Shown here one piece after another: positions 19,214 through 28,595 of a DNA stretch of 64,000 nt; the first letter of the stretch is position 1, and every line of letters begins with the position of its first letter. Made by a program: the position numbers and the translations under genes. The stretch comes from Chloroflexota bacterium (lineage in GTDB: Bacteria; Chloroflexota; Limnocylindria; Limnocylindrales; CSP1-4), in assembly GCA_003158675.1 (NCBI GenBank), contig PMKN01000089.1:77932-141931 (forward strand), in the 5' to 3' direction. The notes under the pieces are model-generated. The model saw nothing but the letters and a program-made list of their open reading frames with translations, was not told the DNA's origin and ran no database searches.

Positions 19214-20617
19214 CTACGGACAGGTGTTGGCGGGCGCGGGCTTGCCGAACCAAGTGCTGTCGCTGCCGAACCACTGCACCGACAGGGCTGCGACCTTGGC
19301 ATTGATGAGACAGGTCGTCGAGGCCGAGTTCACGTTGTTCACATTGGTGAGCGTGTACGGCGGCCCGAGCACCACCTGCTTGAAGTTGCCGCTCGGGACG
19401 GCCTGGCCCTTCGTCACGAAGTCGGCCAGCTGATCGGCCGGGAAGTTCGTGGCCACACTCGATCCGACCGTCGAAATGAGATCCGGCAAGGCCAGGATCT
19501 GGCTCGGCTGAGCCATCTTGTGCAGGAGATCGACCAGGACCTGTTGCTGCCGCGAGGCTCTGGCCCAGTCGCTGTTTTCGGCGCCGTGGCGAGACCTCAC
19601 GTAGGCGAGGGCGTGAATGCCGTCCAGGTGCGCGGGTCCTGCGGGCAGGTAGAAGCCCAAGGGCTTGCCGTTCATCCAGTCGTACACGCCGTCGTTGATC
19701 ACGCTGGGGTTGACAACGTCTATGCCCCCGACCTTGTCGATCATCTTCACGAATCCGCCCAGATCCATGACCGCGTAGTAGTTGATGGGGAGGCCGACCA
19801 GGTAACCGATCTCTTTGACGAGCGTCATGTACGGGCTGTCGGGCGACTTGATCCAGCCGTTCCGAACGTAGGTCGGCACGGCGTTGATCCTGGTCGTGAC
19901 GGGGACCTGGCCGCCGAAATAGAGCGGGAAGCTGGCGCTATCGCGCGGCACGCTGACCATCTGCACCGAATTTGTCTTGGGGTCGTAGCTGACGACCATG
20001 ATCGAATCGTAGAGATGCTCGCTTCGGGTCGGATCGGAATCCACTCCGGTGAACAGGATGGTGACGCGGCTGCCAGGCGGCGGGGGCGTTGCCGGAATCA
20101 CCTCGGCAGACGGATACGGCGTCTGACCGGGAGCCAGGCTGGCGGTCGAGCCGGCGCCCGAATCGTCGATGAGCGAGCTGTTTGGATTGAACACCTGTGC
20201 ACCGGCGTTGGAGTAGACGAGCAGGTAGTAGCCCGCGGTGGCATGGCTGGCGACGATGACCGCAACCAGCACGGCCGCGGCCAGTCTGTTGAGAGGCTTC
20301 GCAGCCTTACTCGGTTCGCCGCTCAGGTAAGCGTGAGCGACGGCAGCCAGCCGCAGGATGCCCACGAGCACCACGATGACGACGGCCGCCAGGCCGAGGC
20401 TGCGCTCGGCGAACAGGCTGACCGCAAAGGCGACCGGTCCCTGCCAGAGCTGGTAGACCACGACCAGCGTGACCAGTACGGCGGGCAGCGCAAGAATCGC
20501 CGCGGCGCGGCGCTTTCCGAGGTACAACTGGCCCAATCCGGGCCACACGAAAGAGAGCAGAGCGGCCAGTGTCGGCGACCGCATCCGGCTTTTCGCGGCG
20601 GTTTGTTTCGTTTCCAA
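19214..20617 (-). CDS. LytR-CpsA-Psr (LCP) family protein, copy 2
   Basis: Paralog of 16114-17634, e.g. SPDSPYMTLVKEIGYLVGLPINYYAVMDL versus SPDDAMTTFVREIGYLVGIPIDYYAAMDL. TTG start. Confidence 0.8.
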   Translation of the reverse strand: METKQTAAKSRMRSPTLAALLSFVWPGLGQLYLGKRRAAAILALPAVLVTLVVVYQLWQGPVAFAVSLFAERSLGLAAVVIVVLVGILRLAAVAHAYLSGEPSKAAKPLNRLAAAVLVAVIVASHATAGYYLLVYSNAGAQVFNPNSSLIDDSGAGSTASLAPGQTPYPSAEVIPATPPPPGSRVTILFTGVDSDPTRSEHLYDSIMVVSYDPKTNSVQMVSVPRDSASFPLYFGGQVPVTTRINAVPTYVRNGWIKSPDSPYMTLVKEIGYLVGLPINYYAVMDLGGFVKMIDKVGGIDVVNPSVINDGVYDWMNGKPLGFYLPAGPAHLDGIHALAYVRSRHGAENSDWARASRQQQVLVDLLHKMAQPSQILALPDLISTVGSSVATNFPADQLADFVTKGQAVPSGNFKQVVLGPPYTLTNVNNVNSASTTCLINAKVAALSVQWFGSDSTWFGKPAPANTCP

Positions 20618-20801
20618 ATCCCCAAGACCCTAGCACATCTTCGGCTCGGACCCCTTCTCCGAGCTGGAGGGCGTGGTTAGAATTGCTCGCGACGCCCGGC
20701 GGGCAATGCCTCGTTGAGCGTTATGCTGTGCTACAGAACGATCAAGCGACGGCGGGTTCGACGCCACGGAGCTGCCCGCGAGCAACTTGGAGGCGGGGGA
20801 A

Positions 20802-22214
20802 ATGATTCGACGTCACGCCCTCGCGTTTCGCACCACGCTGATGCTGGCAGACGCGAGCCTGGCCATTGGTCTGGCTTACCTGCTTTCGGTCCTGCGGTTT
20901 GGCCGCCACGGGGCGCTTCCAGCGCTGGACGCCTCCTTGCCAGACATGCGAGCAGTGGTCCTGTTCTTTGCCTGCGCGTGGGTCGCGGCGCTGTGGATGC
21001 ACGGCCTCTACCGCTCGCGTGCGCGATGGACGATCCGCAGCGAGGCTGGTGACATCCTGCGCGCCACCGTGACATTTGCCGTGGCAACGCTGGCCTTCCT
21101 CTACGTCTTCAAGCTCCCGGACGTGAGCCGCTCACTGCTGCTCTTGCTCTTCCCCTCGATGGCGGCGATGGCGCTCGCCACGCGGATCGGCCTGCGACTG
21201 CTGCTCGAGCGAATTCGAGACAGCGGCCACAACACCCGCTTCATGATCGTGATCGGCGTCAACCAGCACGCACAGCAGTTCGCGGATCTCGTCGAGACCC
21301 ACCACGAGCTGGGCATCAAGGTGATCGGTCACGTCAAGGGCTCGGCCAGGGACAAGAGCCAGGCCCTCACCCGGCGACAGCTCGGGACCATGGAGGAACT
21401 GGTGTCGATCCTCCACTCGGAAGTCGTCGACGAGGTGGCAATCTGCCTTCCGTTCTCCGAACAGGAGGCGATCGACGAAACCGCCCGACTGTGCGAAGAA
21501 GAAGGCAAGATCGTCCGGATCCCGGTGGCGGTTCTGGAGAGGACGCTGAACAGCGGGCGGATTGAGCAGATCGACGGCATGCCCGTCCTGTCCCTCGTGA
21601 GCGGGACGGACCGGGTGATCGGTCTGGCCGCCAAGCGCGCTCTCGACATCGCCGCCAGCACCTTCCTGCTCGTCGCCCTGTCGCCGCTGTTTGCGCTGCT
21701 GGCTGTGCTCATCAAGCTGGACTCGCCCGGGAGAGTGTTCTTCCGGCAGGAGAGAATCGGGCTGCACGGGCGGTCGTTCAGCGTGGTCAAGTTCCGCAGC
21801 ATGTGCTTGGACGCAGAAGAACGCCTTGAGGAGTTGCAAGGGCTCAACGCGATCCGCGGTCACGCCTTCAAGATCGAGAGCGACCCCCGCGTGACCCGCA
21901 TTGGACGGTTCTTGCGCCGCACGTCGCTCGATGAATTCCCGCAACTCTGGAATGTGCTGCGTGGCGAAATGAGCCTCGTTGGTCCTCGGCCACCACTGGG
22001 CCGCGAGGTGGCCAAGTACGCCATCTGGCATCGCCGCCGGCTATCCATGAAGCCGGGCATGACCGGCCTCTGGCAAATCGGCGCCCGCCGCCACCCCGAG
22101 TTCGATCGCTGGGTCGAGAAGGACCTCGAGTACATCGACACATGGTCCCTGTGGCTCGACCTCAAGATCATCGCCCGCACCGTCCCGGCCATGTTCAGCG
22201 GCGAAGGCCGCTAG
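20802..22214 (+). CDS. polyprenyl glycosylphosphotransferase (WbaP/CpsE family), copy 2
   Basis: ATG 20802 after GGAGG. Paralog of 17792-19207 with a near-identical catalytic C-terminus (…MSLVGPRPPLGREVAKYAIWHRRRLSMKPGMTGLWQIGARR…). Confidence 0.85.
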   Translation: MIRRHALAFRTTLMLADASLAIGLAYLLSVLRFGRHGALPALDASLPDMRAVVLFFACAWVAALWMHGLYRSRARWTIRSEAGDILRATVTFAVATLAFLYVFKLPDVSRSLLLLLFPSMAAMALATRIGLRLLLERIRDSGHNTRFMIVIGVNQHAQQFADLVETHHELGIKVIGHVKGSARDKSQALTRRQLGTMEELVSILHSEVVDEVAICLPFSEQEAIDETARLCEEEGKIVRIPVAVLERTLNSGRIEQIDGMPVLSLVSGTDRVIGLAAKRALDIAASTFLLVALSPLFALLAVLIKLDSPGRVFFRQERIGLHGRSFSVVKFRSMCLDAEERLEELQGLNAIRGHAFKIESDPRVTRIGRFLRRTSLDEFPQLWNVLRGEMSLVGPRPPLGREVAKYAIWHRRRLSMKPGMTGLWQIGARRHPEFDRWVEKDLEYIDTWSLWLDLKIIARTVPAMFSGEGR

Positions 22215-22278
22215 GGCGATTGAGAGGGGTCGCCACACACGATCGCGCGCCGCGCGGCGTCTTGACTCAAACGTTCAT

Positions 22279-23937
22279 TTGAGACGCGCAGATCCGGGCG
22301 CAAGCCCAATCGTCGCCAAGGTCAGCGACCAGATTGCGGCGCATTGGCTGGAGGCCCTAGGTCTCGCGGCGATCATGCTGGTGGCTGCCTTCGCGCGGTT
22401 CCACGACCTCGAAACTCGCGCGGGCTGGGACTCCGACCAGGGCGCCGAGATGCTGGCGCTCTGGAACGCGCTCCACACCGGCGCGATCCCACAGCTTGGC
22501 CCAATCGCGTCTGCCGGTACTTTCCACCACGGTGCCCTCTACTACGACGTCTTGCTTCCCGGCGCCTGGCTCGGCGGGGGCGATCCCACGTGGGCGCTGG
22601 CGCAGATCGCGGCCGGCGGCCTGTTGGTCGTGCCGATGGTGTGGTGGGTGGCACGGTCGATCGGTGGGCCTGCCGCGGGGCTCGCGGCGGCCGTGCTTGC
22701 GGCCACTTCGGGTGGGCTGGTCGTCTTCGCCACGCTCATCTGGAACCCGACGCTGATCGAGCCCGGCGCGGCCCTGGCCTTGCTTGGGGCGTGGCAAGCC
22801 TGGTCCAGTCGAAACCCGGCATGGCTGCTGGCTGCCGCCGCGGGGACTGCAGTTGCAATGCAGGCCGAGATGGCGGCCGGCGCGATCGTCTTTCCGATGA
22901 GCCTGGTGCTCGTATCACTGCTGTGGCGTGGTCCGGCAGGCCAGCGGCGTCGGATCGCATTCTGGGGAGCTGCGGCCGTGGCGGTGATCGTCGCCACGTA
23001 CGTGCCATTCATCCTGTACGAAGTCGGTCACGACTTCGCGGAGACGCGCGCCATCCTGGCCTTCCTGACGGCTCCCGGCCAGCAGGCGTCGCATAGCCTT
23101 GCATACCGTCTCGCAGTGACCGGGCTACGTTCAGTGGCCTGGCCGCTGACCGGCTGGCCGCGCTGGGCTTCCGACCTTCCCCTGGCCATCGGAGTTGTCG
23201 GAGCCCTTGCCGCGGGCCTCGCATGGCGCCTCGTCGCTACAGTCATGCCGCGCCGTCGGCAAGCCCCCGGAGCTGCGGACGGCGCAGCCGTGGCATCGAC
23301 GACCTCCGCCAGTCCACAGTTGAGGGAGCGAGACGGCACATGGCTCGTTGTCGGCTGCCTTGGGGCCTTGATCCTCGCCCTGGGCCTCGGCATGAGCAAC
23401 ACCTCGGCGATCGTGCCGGAGTTCACCGAGCAGTACCACAGCGTCGCCGACCCGTTTGTCATCGTGGCGGCTGGCCTTGTGCTGGGCTCCGTGTGGCGAC
23501 TGTCGAGCCACGGCAGGCTGGCGGGAGTGCTTGGCCGAGTCGTGTGGGTTGCGGCCCTGGTAGCGGCGGTGCACTACGGGTCCGCGCAGTGGCCGCCCGG
23601 TCCGAATGCCTCGAGTTGGTCCTCCGCCCAGACAGCTGCCAACCGCCTCGAGCGGGATGCCAGCGGGAAGTCGATCGCGCTCGTTGGCCTGCCGAACGAC
23701 AGGAGCACCGATGCCTACGGGTACCCGCTCGTGCTCGACGGCATCGCCATGGTGACGCCCGACCGGGCGTCAGTCCTGGTCGTGTTGTGCGACTCGTCGT
23801 CGTCCGGCAGTTGCGGCGGTCCGGCGGAGGATGCCTGGCTCGCTACCCAATCGAACGCCACGGGCTTCGACCTACTGGATCGCTTCACCGCCGCGCCGGA
23901 TCGGCTGCTGTCCGTGTACGGCAGACGCGCGGGCTGA
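22279..23937 (+). CDS. polytopic membrane protein, probable GT-C-type (ArnT/PMT-like) glycosyltransferase
   Basis: 552 aa with ~11 TM helices. The N-terminal region (FARFHDLETRAGWDSDQGAEMLALWN, first periplasmic loop with D/E) resembles the GT39/GT83 family; the C-terminus is a soluble periplasmic domain. Confidence 0.4.
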   Translation: MRRADPGASPIVAKVSDQIAAHWLEALGLAAIMLVAAFARFHDLETRAGWDSDQGAEMLALWNALHTGAIPQLGPIASAGTFHHGALYYDVLLPGAWLGGGDPTWALAQIAAGGLLVVPMVWWVARSIGGPAAGLAAAVLAATSGGLVVFATLIWNPTLIEPGAALALLGAWQAWSSRNPAWLLAAAAGTAVAMQAEMAAGAIVFPMSLVLVSLLWRGPAGQRRRIAFWGAAAVAVIVATYVPFILYEVGHDFAETRAILAFLTAPGQQASHSLAYRLAVTGLRSVAWPLTGWPRWASDLPLAIGVVGALAAGLAWRLVATVMPRRRQAPGAADGAAVASTTSASPQLRERDGTWLVVGCLGALILALGLGMSNTSAIVPEFTEQYHSVADPFVIVAAGLVLGSVWRLSSHGRLAGVLGRVVWVAALVAAVHYGSAQWPPGPNASSWSSAQTAANRLERDASGKSIALVGLPNDRSTDAYGYPLVLDGIAMVTPDRASVLVVLCDSSSSGSCGGPAEDAWLATQSNATGFDLLDRFTAAPDRLLSVYGRRAG

Positions 23938-24043
23938 GGGACCGGCATCTCCGCTACCATAGCCGACAAATCAGACGGTCCGCACGCGAGTCGAGGTATA
24001 TGAAGCCCAATCGGCGACCATCCGGTCCAGGAGCGCCTCGGAG

Positions 24044-25321
24044 GTGAACCTGGAGTCGACCGGAGTTCCGGCAGCCTCGGCAACGAGCGGCGCAATCCCC
24101 CGCCAGACCTCTGTTCGGACTGCGGCTGAGCCGACTCGGCCCACCGTCGGCGGCGCCGCGGTCAAACTCACCCGGCTGGGCTACCTGGACGCCCTGCGCG
24201 GGTTCGCCGTCCTGGGCGTGATCCTCGTTCATGCTTCGCAGCAGGCGCCGGGCCCGGTCGGGCAGGTCGCCTCCACGCAGCAGTTCCCGGACCTGCCCGG
24301 TGCGGTTGCGACACTTGCGGCCCAGGGCCGCCACGGCGTCCAGCTCTTCTTTGTCGTGAGCGCCTTGACGCTCACGCTGTCCGCCAGGGCGCGGTTCGGT
24401 CGTGAGAGCCACCCGACGCTGGACTTCTTCGTCCGCCGGTTCTTCCGCATCGCTCCGATGTTCTGGCTCGGGACCCTCTTCTACGCCTGGCTCTACGGCT
24501 TTGCGCCCAGATTCTGGGCACCGGAGGGAACGACACCGGTGATGGTGGCGAGCACCTTCGCCTTCCTGCATGGCTTCACGCCCGGAACCATCGATAGCGT
24601 TGTGCCGGGCGGTTGGTCTATCGCCGTCGAGACCACCTTCTACGTGGCCCTGCCCCTGCTGCTGCTTTTACTTACGAGCCTGACACGAGCGCTTTGGGCG
24701 GTGTGCCTGTCGGTTGCGGCGTCGGTCTTGCTCGGGATCGTCGCCACGGGACTGCTCGCCCCGTACTTCCCGGGCGCGGACTCATACCTCGTCCAGAACT
24801 TCACCGTTCTCTGGTTCCCGGCCCAGCTGCCGGTCTTCTGCATCGGCATCGCTCTGGCTTTCCTCGTCGGTCGCCCGGTCGAGGATGCGCGGGCGCGCTC
24901 GGCGCTGGCGGTCCTTGGCGGCCTGGCGGCGATGGTCGCTCTCGCCTTTGGCGCATACACGTATTTGACGCCCGATGTGCTCTACGCCCTGGCCTTCGCG
25001 GCGCTCGTCTGGGGCCTCTCGATCGTCCCCTGGCGAATCCTCGTCAACCCCGTCACGCGATATCTCGGAGCGGTGAGCTTTAGTGCGTATCTCGTCCAGT
25101 TCTGGGTGCTCGATGAAATCCGCCCGTGGATCGTCTCGACCGGCACCAGGGGAACTCTGCGGTTCGGCCTCACCTTTGCCGTCGCCACGGTTCTCACGAT
25201 TGCTGCGGCCAGCGTGACCTACCGGCTCGTGGAGAAGCCTGGGATGGCCCTCGGCAAGAGGGTCGTGGAGCGGATCGAGCGGTCCCGCGCGCCGTCGATC
25301 GCGGCCAAAAGCCCGGCGTAA
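24044..25321 (+). CDS. acyltransferase family 3 (OafA/WecH-like integral membrane O-acyltransferase)
   Basis: GTG start. N-terminus LDALRGFAVLGVILVHA, ten TM helices, and conserved Arg/His motifs typical of Acyl_transf_3. Confidence 0.7.
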   Translation: MNLESTGVPAASATSGAIPRQTSVRTAAEPTRPTVGGAAVKLTRLGYLDALRGFAVLGVILVHASQQAPGPVGQVASTQQFPDLPGAVATLAAQGRHGVQLFFVVSALTLTLSARARFGRESHPTLDFFVRRFFRIAPMFWLGTLFYAWLYGFAPRFWAPEGTTPVMVASTFAFLHGFTPGTIDSVVPGGWSIAVETTFYVALPLLLLLLTSLTRALWAVCLSVAASVLLGIVATGLLAPYFPGADSYLVQNFTVLWFPAQLPVFCIGIALAFLVGRPVEDARARSALAVLGGLAAMVALAFGAYTYLTPDVLYALAFAALVWGLSIVPWRILVNPVTRYLGAVSFSAYLVQFWVLDEIRPWIVSTGTRGTLRFGLTFAVATVLTIAAASVTYRLVEKPGMALGKRVVERIERSRAPSIAAKSPA

Positions 25322-25411
25322 TTCAGCCCGTCCGAATCGAAGGCGCTCCTGCGGTACCATGCTGGAGCGTCTTTAGGACCAACAGGAAGGAGCCGGACCC
25401 TGTCAGCGGTT

Positions 25412-25504
25412 GTGGCTGTCACCGGACGCGAGGGCTTCATCGGGTCCCACCTGGTCGAGGCGCTCGTCCGACGTGGCAATCGGGTCAGGGCGATGGTCCC
25501 GTGA
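25412..25504 (+). pseudogene. remnant of the N-terminus of an NAD-dependent epimerase/dehydratase (Rossmann GxxGxxG only), truncated after ~30 codons
   Basis: Manual translation, in the same frame as the preceding gene: (GTG)AVTGREGFIGSHLVEALVRRGNRVRAMVP*. This is the canonical SDR N-terminus, preceded by GGAAGGAG (25385-25392). Its stop TGA 25502-25504 overlaps GTG 25501 of the next gene. Confidence 0.45.
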
Positions 25505-26250
25505 GCCGACTTGGCCACAAGTGGCTGCTGCTTCGGAGCTTGCCGAAGACAATCAGGTTCAACTTCACCTACCTCCCGCTGGCCGACGCCCTTCGGCTCC
25601 CCGTGCTGGTCTGCCATCGAGTCCATTTCGAGCGCCTTGGCGGCAAGGTCCGGGTCGCACCTCACAGCCGGAGGGGGACAGTCCACATCGGCTTCGGCGA
25701 AGTGGGGATATTCGACCGCGAACGTCGACGGAGCATCTGGCAGGTCGACGGGGAAGTTGTATTCCAGGGCCGAGCCGAGTTGGGCCATGGCACGAAGGTG
25801 TCGGTCGGACCGGGCGGGGTCCTGACGTTCGGAGACGGGTTCGAGATAACCGCCGAGACCGCCATCGTCTGCCGCAAGGAGATCACGTTCGGCAAGGACG
25901 TGTTGATTTCATGGGACGTGCAGGTGATGGACACCGACCTCCATTCCATCGTCGATGCGGACGGCGCGGTTCTCAACCCGGACGGCAGGATCGTCATTGA
26001 CGATCACGTTTGGATCGGTAGCCGAGTACTCGTGCTGAAGGGCGTCCACGTCGCCAGGGACTCGGTTGTTGCCGCTGGTTCCATCCTCACCCGCGGGACC
26101 TACGCGGCCAACGCTATCGTCGCCGGGTCTCCTGCCCGAGAGATCCGACACGGGATCTCGTGGTCCTCAGAGCCTGCGGGGGACGTCGCGAGCGACGAAG
26201 AGGCCGATGGCAAACAAAGCCGTCGAGGTGCACCCGATCTCGCCGGCTAG
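25501..26250 (+). CDS. hexapeptide-repeat (left-handed beta-helix) sugar O-acetyltransferase (WcaF/WbbJ-like)
   Basis: GTG 25501; the track's 25126 start is a rejected upstream extension. Hexapeptide repeats (AIVCRKEITFGKDVLISWDVQVMDTD...IVIDDHVWIGSRVLVLKGVHVARDSVVAAGSIL). Confidence 0.7.
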   Translation: MSRLGHKWLLLRSLPKTIRFNFTYLPLADALRLPVLVCHRVHFERLGGKVRVAPHSRRGTVHIGFGEVGIFDRERRRSIWQVDGEVVFQGRAELGHGTKVSVGPGGVLTFGDGFEITAETAIVCRKEITFGKDVLISWDVQVMDTDLHSIVDADGAVLNPDGRIVIDDHVWIGSRVLVLKGVHVARDSVVAAGSILTRGTYAANAIVAGSPAREIRHGISWSSEPAGDVASDEEADGKQSRRGAPDLAG

Positions 26251-26442
26251 CCTTTGGTCCGCGTCTCGAGACCGCCCAACGATGGGCCGGCCGCTGCATA
26301 ATGCGGACATCAGCAGGATGTTCAGTCGCCGTCATGGCCCGACGAATCCTCCGGGCCACCCAGGAGTTGTCCCACCTTGGACCCACATAGGGTGCGAGGC
26401 GACGGACGGTGCTGCAACCTAACGGAGAGCACGGAGATCAGA

Positions 26443-27312
26443 TTGGCACTCAGCACCGGCCTCGGGCCGACTGCCACCGGGCAGGCCGATCACCAAGAAC
26501 CGACTGTGGTGATCGAAGCCAGCCACGGGTGGCGAGAGCTCGGGCTTTCCGAACTGTGGTCTCACCGAGAGCTCATGTTCTTCTTCGTCTGGCGGGACCT
26601 GAAGGTTCGATACCGCCAGACGGCCTTCGGCGCGGCATGGGCGGTCATGCAACCGGTCCTCCTGATGATCGTGTTCAGCGTCTCGGTGGGCCGCATATCC
26701 GGTGTGGGGCCCAAGAACCTTCCTTATCCCCTGTTTGCGTTCGCGGGCCTGGTGCCGTGGACGCTGTTCGCGTCGAGCCTCACCAGCGCATCCAACAGCC
26801 TGGTCAGCTCAGAGGCCATCATCACGAAGGTCTACTTCCCACGCCTGTTGCTTCCCTTCGCAGCCGTCGGCTCGTTCATCATCGACTTCCTGGTCGCGAT
26901 GGTTGTACTCCTGGTCTTGATGCTGTACTACGGCACCGTGCCAACGATCGCAGTCGTCTGGCTCCCGCTCTTCACGCTCTTCGCCCTCGTCACCGCTTTG
27001 GGGGTTGGCACGTGGCTGGCGGCGATCAACGTGCGCTACCGCGACGTGAAGTACGTTGTGCCATTTCTGGTGCAGACGTGGATGTTCGCCTCGCCGGTCA
27101 TCTACGTGAGCACTTTGATACCCGACAACTGGCGATGGTTGTATGCGTTGAACCCCATGACCGGTGTCCTTGATGGCTTCCGCTGGGCGCTCATCGGGGG
27201 CTCGAGGCCGGACTCACTCATTCTGGTCTCGGCGGCTGCCTCTGTGCTGGTCTTCACTAGCTCCCTGGTCTACTTCAAACACACCGAGCAAACGTTCGCG
27301 GACGTGATCTGA
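26443..27312 (+). CDS. wzm: ABC-2 type polysaccharide export permease (Wzm/TagG/KpsM family)
   Basis: TTG 26443, 5 nt after GGAGA. Six TM helices with the ABC-2 signature (FFFVWRDLKVRYRQTAFGAAWAVMQP). Its stop overlaps the Wzt start (TGATG at 27310-27314). Confidence 0.8.
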   Translation: MALSTGLGPTATGQADHQEPTVVIEASHGWRELGLSELWSHRELMFFFVWRDLKVRYRQTAFGAAWAVMQPVLLMIVFSVSVGRISGVGPKNLPYPLFAFAGLVPWTLFASSLTSASNSLVSSEAIITKVYFPRLLLPFAAVGSFIIDFLVAMVVLLVLMLYYGTVPTIAVVWLPLFTLFALVTALGVGTWLAAINVRYRDVKYVVPFLVQTWMFASPVIYVSTLIPDNWRWLYALNPMTGVLDGFRWALIGGSRPDSLILVSAAASVLVFTSSLVYFKHTEQTFADVI

Positions 27313-28571
27313 TGACCGACGTCGCGATCAGCGCACGAGGCCTGGCCAAGAGATACACGATTGGGGTCCAGCGAGACCCGTACGGCCGTCTGACCGAGGT
27401 CCTCTGGTCCTCGCTGGCACGGCCGTTCAGGCGCAAGAGCGCGGCTCAGCGCGGCGCCGAGTTCTGGGCCCTTCGCGACCTCTCCTTCGACGTTCAGCGC
27501 GGCACCGCAATCGGGGTAATTGGGAGGAACGGTGCCGGCAAGTCAACCCTTCTGAAGATCCTGTCGCGGATCACTGAGCCCACGCTCGGTCGCGCAGAGC
27601 TCCAGGGTCGCGTCGGGTCGCTGCTGGAGGTTGGAACCGGGTTTCACAACGAACTGACTGGCCGCGAGAACATCTCGCTGAGTGGCGCAATCCTCGGGAT
27701 GAAACGGACGGACATCACCCGACGATTTGACGAAATCGTGGCGTTCGCCGATATCGGTCCCTTCATCGATACGCCGGTGAAGCGCTATTCGAGTGGCATG
27801 AAGGTCAGACTCGGTTTCGCGGTGGCGGCATTCCTAGAGCCCGAGATCCTCTTGATCGACGAGGTTCTGGCGGTCGGCGACGCCGCGTTCCAGAGGAAAT
27901 CCATCGGCCGAATCGAGGATGTCACGAACGAAGGTCGGACGGTCATGTTCGTCAGCCACGATCTGGGGGCTGTGGCGAACCTGACCCAGACCTGCCTGTA
28001 TCTCGAATCTGGGCGCCTGAAGCAACTCGGCCCCACCAGGGAGGTCGTACACGCCTACCAGATGGATGGGCTACTCGCACGCGACGACCCGGGTCGCGGG
28101 TTGTCTTTCTACCGACGTTCGGAGGTGCCGGGCGCACCCGTCCGGATCACCAGCATCGCCGCGGTCTCGACACGGCCAGAGCGCGCGACCATCGATCTGG
28201 GCAGCCCTCTGGAGATCGACATCGGAATCGACGTGACGACGCCGATCGAGAGGCTGCCCATAGACGTAACGATCAAAGACCAGCGCGGCCGGACCGTGGC
28301 GATCCTGTTCTCCCCGGATCAAGGCTTCACGCTCACTTCATCCCGTGGCACCGCGTCGATCCATTTGCGCATCGAGGACCTGCCCCTGGCTCCGGGAACC
28401 TACTTCGTCGACGTTGGATTGAACCAGAGCCCGCCCCACACGACGGCATTCGACGTGATCCTCGATTTCCCGATTGTCGAGGTTGAGAACTCGGGACAAG
28501 TCGTCCAGTGGCTGGAGCGACCGTGGGGTTCTCTGCAGCCGCAGCGAGTGGACTGGCGGCGGTCAGCTTGA
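27312..28571 (+). CDS. wzt: polysaccharide ABC exporter ATP-binding protein Wzt with C-terminal glycan-binding (Wzt_C-like) domain
   Basis: Walker A GRNGAGKST, signature YSSGMKVRLGF, Walker B ILLIDEVLAVGD, H-loop FVSHD. An extra ~170-aa C-terminal beta-rich domain follows the NBD, as in O-antigen Wzt proteins that read a terminal modification. Confidence 0.85.
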   Translation: MTDVAISARGLAKRYTIGVQRDPYGRLTEVLWSSLARPFRRKSAAQRGAEFWALRDLSFDVQRGTAIGVIGRNGAGKSTLLKILSRITEPTLGRAELQGRVGSLLEVGTGFHNELTGRENISLSGAILGMKRTDITRRFDEIVAFADIGPFIDTPVKRYSSGMKVRLGFAVAAFLEPEILLIDEVLAVGDAAFQRKSIGRIEDVTNEGRTVMFVSHDLGAVANLTQTCLYLESGRLKQLGPTREVVHAYQMDGLLARDDPGRGLSFYRRSEVPGAPVRITSIAAVSTRPERATIDLGSPLEIDIGIDVTTPIERLPIDVTIKDQRGRTVAILFSPDQGFTLTSSRGTASIHLRIEDLPLAPGTYFVDVGLNQSPPHTTAFDVILDFPIVEVENSGQVVQWLERPWGSLQPQRVDWRRSA

Positions 28572-28595
28572 CTGCCAAGCCGTGGTAGTTCACTT

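Larger units (their letters stand above)
19214..22214. repeat. segmental duplication, copy B: divergent [LCP <- | -> WbaP-like PGT] module
   Basis: See copy A. The copies abut with a 6-bp spacer (19207/19214). Confidence 0.7.
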
